64,000 nt of DNA, taken from assembly GCA_903864915.1 (NCBI GenBank), contig CAIPHS010000004.1, positions 3,705 through 67,704 on the forward strand. Reading direction: 5' to 3'. Positions within the stretch are counted from its first letter, which is position 1. Every line of letters begins with the position of its first letter. A program made the position numbers and the translations under genes. Source of the stretch: an uncultured Candidatus Woesearchaeota archaeon. Lineage in GTDB: Archaea; Nanobdellota; Nanobdellia; UBA10117. The notes under the pieces were generated by a model. The model had not been told where the DNA came from. It was given only the letters and a program-made list of their open reading frames with translations, and did not search any database. Positions 60,197 to 64,000 of this stretch are shown one piece after another.

Positions 60197-61405
60197 TTAT
60201 TCATACCTTAAGGCGTCAGCTGGTTTCATTTTTGATGCCTGCCTCGCTGGCAAAAATCCGGCAATGGATCCCATGGTAAACGAGAACAGCAGGCCTGCAG
60301 CAATCAATTCTGGTGTTATGTAAGCTTTAAGCAAAGGATAACCCGCATAGGCAGCGTAAGTTTGTGCGGCCATCGCCATGCCTATTCCAAGCAGGACACC
60401 AATTATTCCTCCGATTAAACCTAGGAAACCAGATTCTACTAAAAATATGAGCATGATATCTGTATTTTTGGCACCGATAGCTTTCATTACACCTATTTCT
60501 CTAGTTCGTTCTAACACCGAAGTGTACATTGTATTCATGATGCCGACACTTCCAACAAGTAATGCAATGCTTGCAATTCCAATCAAGATAGCCCCTATGA
60601 TTCCAAGTATGCTTCCGATGGTTGAGGCAAGCTGCGCAGAAGTCTGGACTGAAAAATCTTCCTCGCCAATCTTCTCATCACGGTCTTTACGAATTGCTTT
60701 CTTGATGTTCTCAGCAACGGTTGTAACGTTGGCACCAGCTTTAGTTTTTACATAAACCATGCCGTAGTTGTCAGACATGTTGAAGATGCTTTGTGCAATG
60801 CTAATTGGTATGTAAATTTGGCGGTCATCTTGCCTGTTTCCTATTGCCTGCAAGACACCAACGACGCGGAAAGTCTGGCCTTCAATTTTAAACTTGTTTC
60901 CAAGCTTCAAGTCTTTCGTGAAAACAACACCATTCGGATAATCAACACCTATGACTGCATCATAACGGTCTGTTGACTGTGGATACCTGCCCTGCACGTT
61001 AAACTTCTTGATGAACCATGAGGATTCCGTATCAGTTGGCATGCCGATGACGCTTACAGTTTTAGTTTGATCATCAAACGATGCTCTCGCAGACGCATAT
61101 ATCATGCCAAATGCTTTGTCAACTCCCTGGACTTTTTTTATCAGGCTGACATCATGATCTGTAAGTTTTGCAGTAGACGCGGCACCTGCTGATGAAAACA
61201 AGTTACCCCCTCCAGGCATTATGATGACATTGTCCGTGCCAAGCACTGAAAGCTGGTCCTCGATTGCATGCTGCATGCCCTGGCTGATTGAAATCAGGGA
61301 AATGACTGCAGCGACACCTATGACTATTCCAAGAATAGTAAGCCAACTCCTTAATCTGCGGTGTTCGACGCTGTTTATAGCGAATTTAAAAAAATCTTTA
61401 ATCAT
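60197..61405 (-). CDS. MacB/FtsX-type ABC transporter permease
   Basis: RSWLTILGIVIGV, GIMNTMYTSVLERTREIGVMKAIGA, PARQAS..KPADALRYE. Confidence 0.93.
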   Translation of the reverse strand: MIKDFFKFAINSVEHRRLRSWLTILGIVIGVAAVISLISISQGMQHAIEDQLSVLGTDNVIIMPGGGNLFSSAGAASTAKLTDHDVSLIKKVQGVDKAFGMIYASARASFDDQTKTVSVIGMPTDTESSWFIKKFNVQGRYPQSTDRYDAVIGVDYPNGVVFTKDLKLGNKFKIEGQTFRVVGVLQAIGNRQDDRQIYIPISIAQSIFNMSDNYGMVYVKTKAGANVTTVAENIKKAIRKDRDEKIGEEDFSVQTSAQLASTIGSILGIIGAILIGIASIALLVGSVGIMNTMYTSVLERTREIGVMKAIGAKNTDIMLIFLVESGFLGLIGGIIGVLLGIGMAMAAQTYAAYAGYPLLKAYITPELIAAGLLFSFTMGSIAGFLPARQASKMKPADALRYE

Positions 61406-62316
61406 TATGAGGAGGACTTTTTCTTTTTCTTATACCATTTGTAGATCATGTAAAGGGCGGCGAGACCGACAATTATGAAAAGAATTTGTCTGTAGACTGC
61501 TGTTTTGTCTTGCACGAGATTTAACTTCATCAGGTCGCTTTTCGAATAAACTGTGAGCGGAACATAATAGACTTGTGAATATTCTTTGTCGTTGGCATCT
61601 GAATATTCAACCAGTAAAGGCAGCTTTACTATTGTGGTATCATTCGCAGCAATTCCCGCCTTGACATAAATCTTATATTCAGCAGTTTGGGAATCATCAG
61701 ATTTTAATTCGCCAATGTAAATCCTTGGCGGGGATATTAAATCGAATTCGTTTCCCTGTTTTAATTCAGTAACCATGAATTTTGTATCCAGCAGGCCCCG
61801 GTTTATGATATGAAAAGTTACAATGCCGGTCATTCCACTGCTGAATGTGTCAGCGCTGTCTATGCCAGCTTCTATGTTGGGCGTGCCACCAGGCTGGACA
61901 GAAATATCGAATGATGTTTTCGCAAAGGACGTGCAGTTAGCGTCAAAACAAAGTTTCAGGTATTGCGTGTAAGTGCCTTCAAATGCATTTTTGTCAACCA
62001 AAAGATTGTATTGCAGCAAAAACTGCTCGCCAGGCCCTAATGTGTTAACATCCCGTGTTGCAGTCTCTCCGGGCTGGAATGAGAATGGGTAGCTCGGCTC
62101 TATCAAAAAGTATGCATCCTTGACTTCATCCCCTCCAGGGTTCTCGGCTTTCAAATATACTGTTACGAACTTTCCGGGTTTTGCCGGTGATGGGTCATAA
62201 TTTGTCATAGCGACCCTGACGCCAACGCCGCCTGACGCCAGCGTGTCTGAATAAGCAATAGGAATTATGGATAAAACAAGGATTGCTGCTATGAGAAAAA
62301 TTAGCTTGTTGGCCAT
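61405..62316 (-). CDS. COG1361-like Ig-fold surface protein
   Basis: Signal peptide, YDPSPAKPG, repeated Ig-like beta strands, C-terminal TM and basic tail. Confidence 0.75.
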   Translation of the reverse strand: MANKLIFLIAAILVLSIIPIAYSDTLASGGVGVRVAMTNYDPSPAKPGKFVTVYLKAENPGGDEVKDAYFLIEPSYPFSFQPGETATRDVNTLGPGEQFLLQYNLLVDKNAFEGTYTQYLKLCFDANCTSFAKTSFDISVQPGGTPNIEAGIDSADTFSSGMTGIVTFHIINRGLLDTKFMVTELKQGNEFDLISPPRIYIGELKSDDSQTAEYKIYVKAGIAANDTTIVKLPLLVEYSDANDKEYSQVYYVPLTVYSKSDLMKLNLVQDKTAVYRQILFIIVGLAALYMIYKWYKKKKKSSS

Positions 62317-62321
62317 CTGAT

Positions 62322-63017
62322 TTATTGGTAATGGTCGTCTTTTATAAGTTTGCCGTCTCTCAGAATGAGTTTTCTTTCCGCATAGTCTGCGACTTCGGTT
62401 TCATGCGTGATTATGATTATAGTTTTCTTTTCTTTTTTATGCAAATCCGATAGTAATTGCATAACCATCTCTCCATTTTTTGAGTCAAGATTGCCTGTAG
62501 GTTCATCACCAAGGATGATTTCAGGGTTATTGGCCAAAGCTCTTGCTATAGCAACCCTTTGCTGCTCTCCCCCAGATAATTCTGAAGGGTGATGATTCAT
62601 CCTTTCTGTAAGGCCGACACGCTTCAACAAGGCTATGGATCTAGATTTTTTCTTTTCGTCAGGCACGTTTTGGAAAATCATAGGTAGCATGACATTTTCC
62701 AATGCCGTTAACGTAGGGATGAGGTTGAAATGCTGGAAAACAAAGCCGATTTTCTTACCTCTTATCGTGGCAAGTTCGCTCTCAGTCATCTTTGCTATGT
62801 TCTTGCCGTCCAGATAGACTTCGCCTTTTGTAGGAATGTCGAGGCAGCCGATGATGTGCATTGCTGTTGACTTGCCCGAGCCGGATGGGCCCATGATTGC
62901 TAAAAATTCCTTTTCCTTTACCTGCAAGTTCAAACCTCGCAATGCAGGAACCCTGACTTTGCCCATCTGGTAAATCTTCCAGACGTTGTCAACTTTGATA
63001 ACAATGCGGGCAGCCAT
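62322..63017 (-). CDS. ABC transporter ATP-binding protein (LolD/MacB type)
   Basis: GPSGSGKS, LSGGEQQRVAIARAL, GDEPTGNLD, ITH. Confidence 0.95.
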   Translation of the reverse strand: MAARIVIKVDNVWKIYQMGKVRVPALRGLNLQVKEKEFLAIMGPSGSGKSTAMHIIGCLDIPTKGEVYLDGKNIAKMTESELATIRGKKIGFVFQHFNLIPTLTALENVMLPMIFQNVPDEKKKSRSIALLKRVGLTERMNHHPSELSGGEQQRVAIARALANNPEIILGDEPTGNLDSKNGEMVMQLLSDLHKKEKKTIIIITHETEVADYAERKLILRDGKLIKDDHYQ

Positions 63018-63099
63018 TATGCACACACAGATGTTTGCGTATTAAACATTAACGCCTCAGAATGCTTTTTAAACCTGAATTTAACCTTCAATTCTGAAA

Positions 63100-63258
63100 A
63101 TGGCACAAGACAAGATAAGAATGCCGATGACTGAAGCAGGCCTTGTCAGATACAGCGATGAGGCTGCAAGCAAGATCCAGCTGAAGCCGGAGTATGTGAT
63201 AGCTTTGGCGGTCGCTGTTGCTGCCATCGCGATAATACTGAAAGTGATGTATCAATGA
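63100..63258 (+). CDS. secG: Preprotein translocase subunit Sec61beta (not in ORF track)
   Basis: MPMTEAGLVRY.DE..SKIQLKPEYV followed by one TM helix; ATGA overlap with eif2b. Confidence 0.88.
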   Translation: MAQDKIRMPMTEAGLVRYSDEAASKIQLKPEYVIALAVAVAAIAIILKVMYQ

Positions 63259-63668
63259 CGTCTTATGAGGATATGTTGGACAAGGCATATGCAAAGCTGC
63301 CTACAGCCAGCAAGGCCGATGCGGTGCGATTAGACATACCTCAAATCAAGGGTGCTTTATCTGGAAACAAGACAATAATCTCAAACCTGGATGTTATTGC
63401 GAAGGCGGTTAGGCGCGATTTGCCGCACGTGTTCAAATTTTTCTTGAGAGAACTTGCAACAACAGGCGACTTGAAAGGGACAGAGGCAATCTTTGTGGGC
63501 AAGTTCAGGCCTGACATGCTGAACAACAAAGTTGAAAAATACATAAAGGAATTTGTGCTTTGCCCGCAATGCGGCAAGCCAGACACTCATCTGGAAAAGG
63601 CAGATGCCGCAACCCTGCTAATATGCGAAGCCTGCGGTGCAAAAGAATCCGTAAGGTCGCTGAAGTAA
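63255..63668 (+). CDS. eif2b: Translation initiation factor aIF-2 beta
   Basis: YEDMLDKAY, GNKTII, ELATTG, CPQCGKPDT...CEACGA. Confidence 0.95.
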   Translation: MTSYEDMLDKAYAKLPTASKADAVRLDIPQIKGALSGNKTIISNLDVIAKAVRRDLPHVFKFFLRELATTGDLKGTEAIFVGKFRPDMLNNKVEKYIKEFVLCPQCGKPDTHLEKADAATLLICEACGAKESVRSLK

Positions 63669-63669
63669 A

Positions 63670-63969
63670 ATGTACTTTAAAATGCATAAGACGAAGGATG
63701 GAAAGACACTTGCTGTTGCAGATGAAGACATGATGGGCAAGCATCTCAAGCACGGCGATATTGATTTTTTTGTAAATCCAAGGTTTTATGGTGAGGAGAA
63801 GGCTGCAAAGGAATGGTTAATACCCCAGATGAGGTCAAACGAAGTTATTTCTGTCAATCTTTTAGGCAAGGAAGCAGTAGCAGTAGGAATTGAGGCAGGC
63901 GTTATAGACAAGAACAATGTGCACAAGATTGGCAAGATACCGCATGCCCTGGGATTTTTAATATTTTGA
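63670..63969 (+). CDS. DUF424 family protein
   Basis: LAVADED..GK, FYG, VNLLGKEAV..GIEAGVI...V..I..IPHA. Confidence 0.85.
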   Translation: MYFKMHKTKDGKTLAVADEDMMGKHLKHGDIDFFVNPRFYGEEKAAKEWLIPQMRSNEVISVNLLGKEAVAVGIEAGVIDKNNVHKIGKIPHALGFLIF

Positions 63970-64000
63970 TGAAATCAAATTAGCCAAACTTGTTCGGCTT

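Overview
Core-genome segment of an archaeon, most likely DPANN (Woesearchaeota/Pacearchaeota-like). The lineage is inferred from the divergent archaeal 16S signatures, a tRNA-Ile with a UAU anticodon, the compact overlapping gene layout and the PolD plus PolB gene set. Housekeeping content: cdc6, polD1, hef, lonB, serS, topA, radB, cdc48, map, polB, cysS, tldD/tldE, radA, RPA, HerA-like ATPase, htpX, MBF1, NMD3, aIF-1A, top6B/A, fen, argS, rpl41e, 16S and 23S rRNA, five tRNAs, RNase P RNA, a MacB-type ABC cassette, Sec61beta and aIF-2beta. The main discovery is an AT-rich four-gene minus-strand operon at 4957-7420. It encodes a 58-aa peptide ending DPGSWY, a LynF/TruF/PatF-like (ABBA-fold) peptide prenyltransferase, an HxsC-like radical SAM enzyme and a degenerate GNAT protein, which together look like a RiPP (prenylated and radical-SAM-modified peptide) cluster in a DPANN archaeon. 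Other notable items: a histone-fold gene translationally coupled to polB, a 64% acidic mini-protein, tRNA-Ala inverted inside the 16S-23S spacer, an att-flanked one-gene islet at tRNA-Leu, a shared 15-bp operator on genes downstream of the 23S, an arch-less FEN1, an EF-hand in HtpX, a His-to-Tyr HIT variant, and substitutions at near-universal rRNA positions. All family assignments come from motif recognition by eye, with no database searches run.
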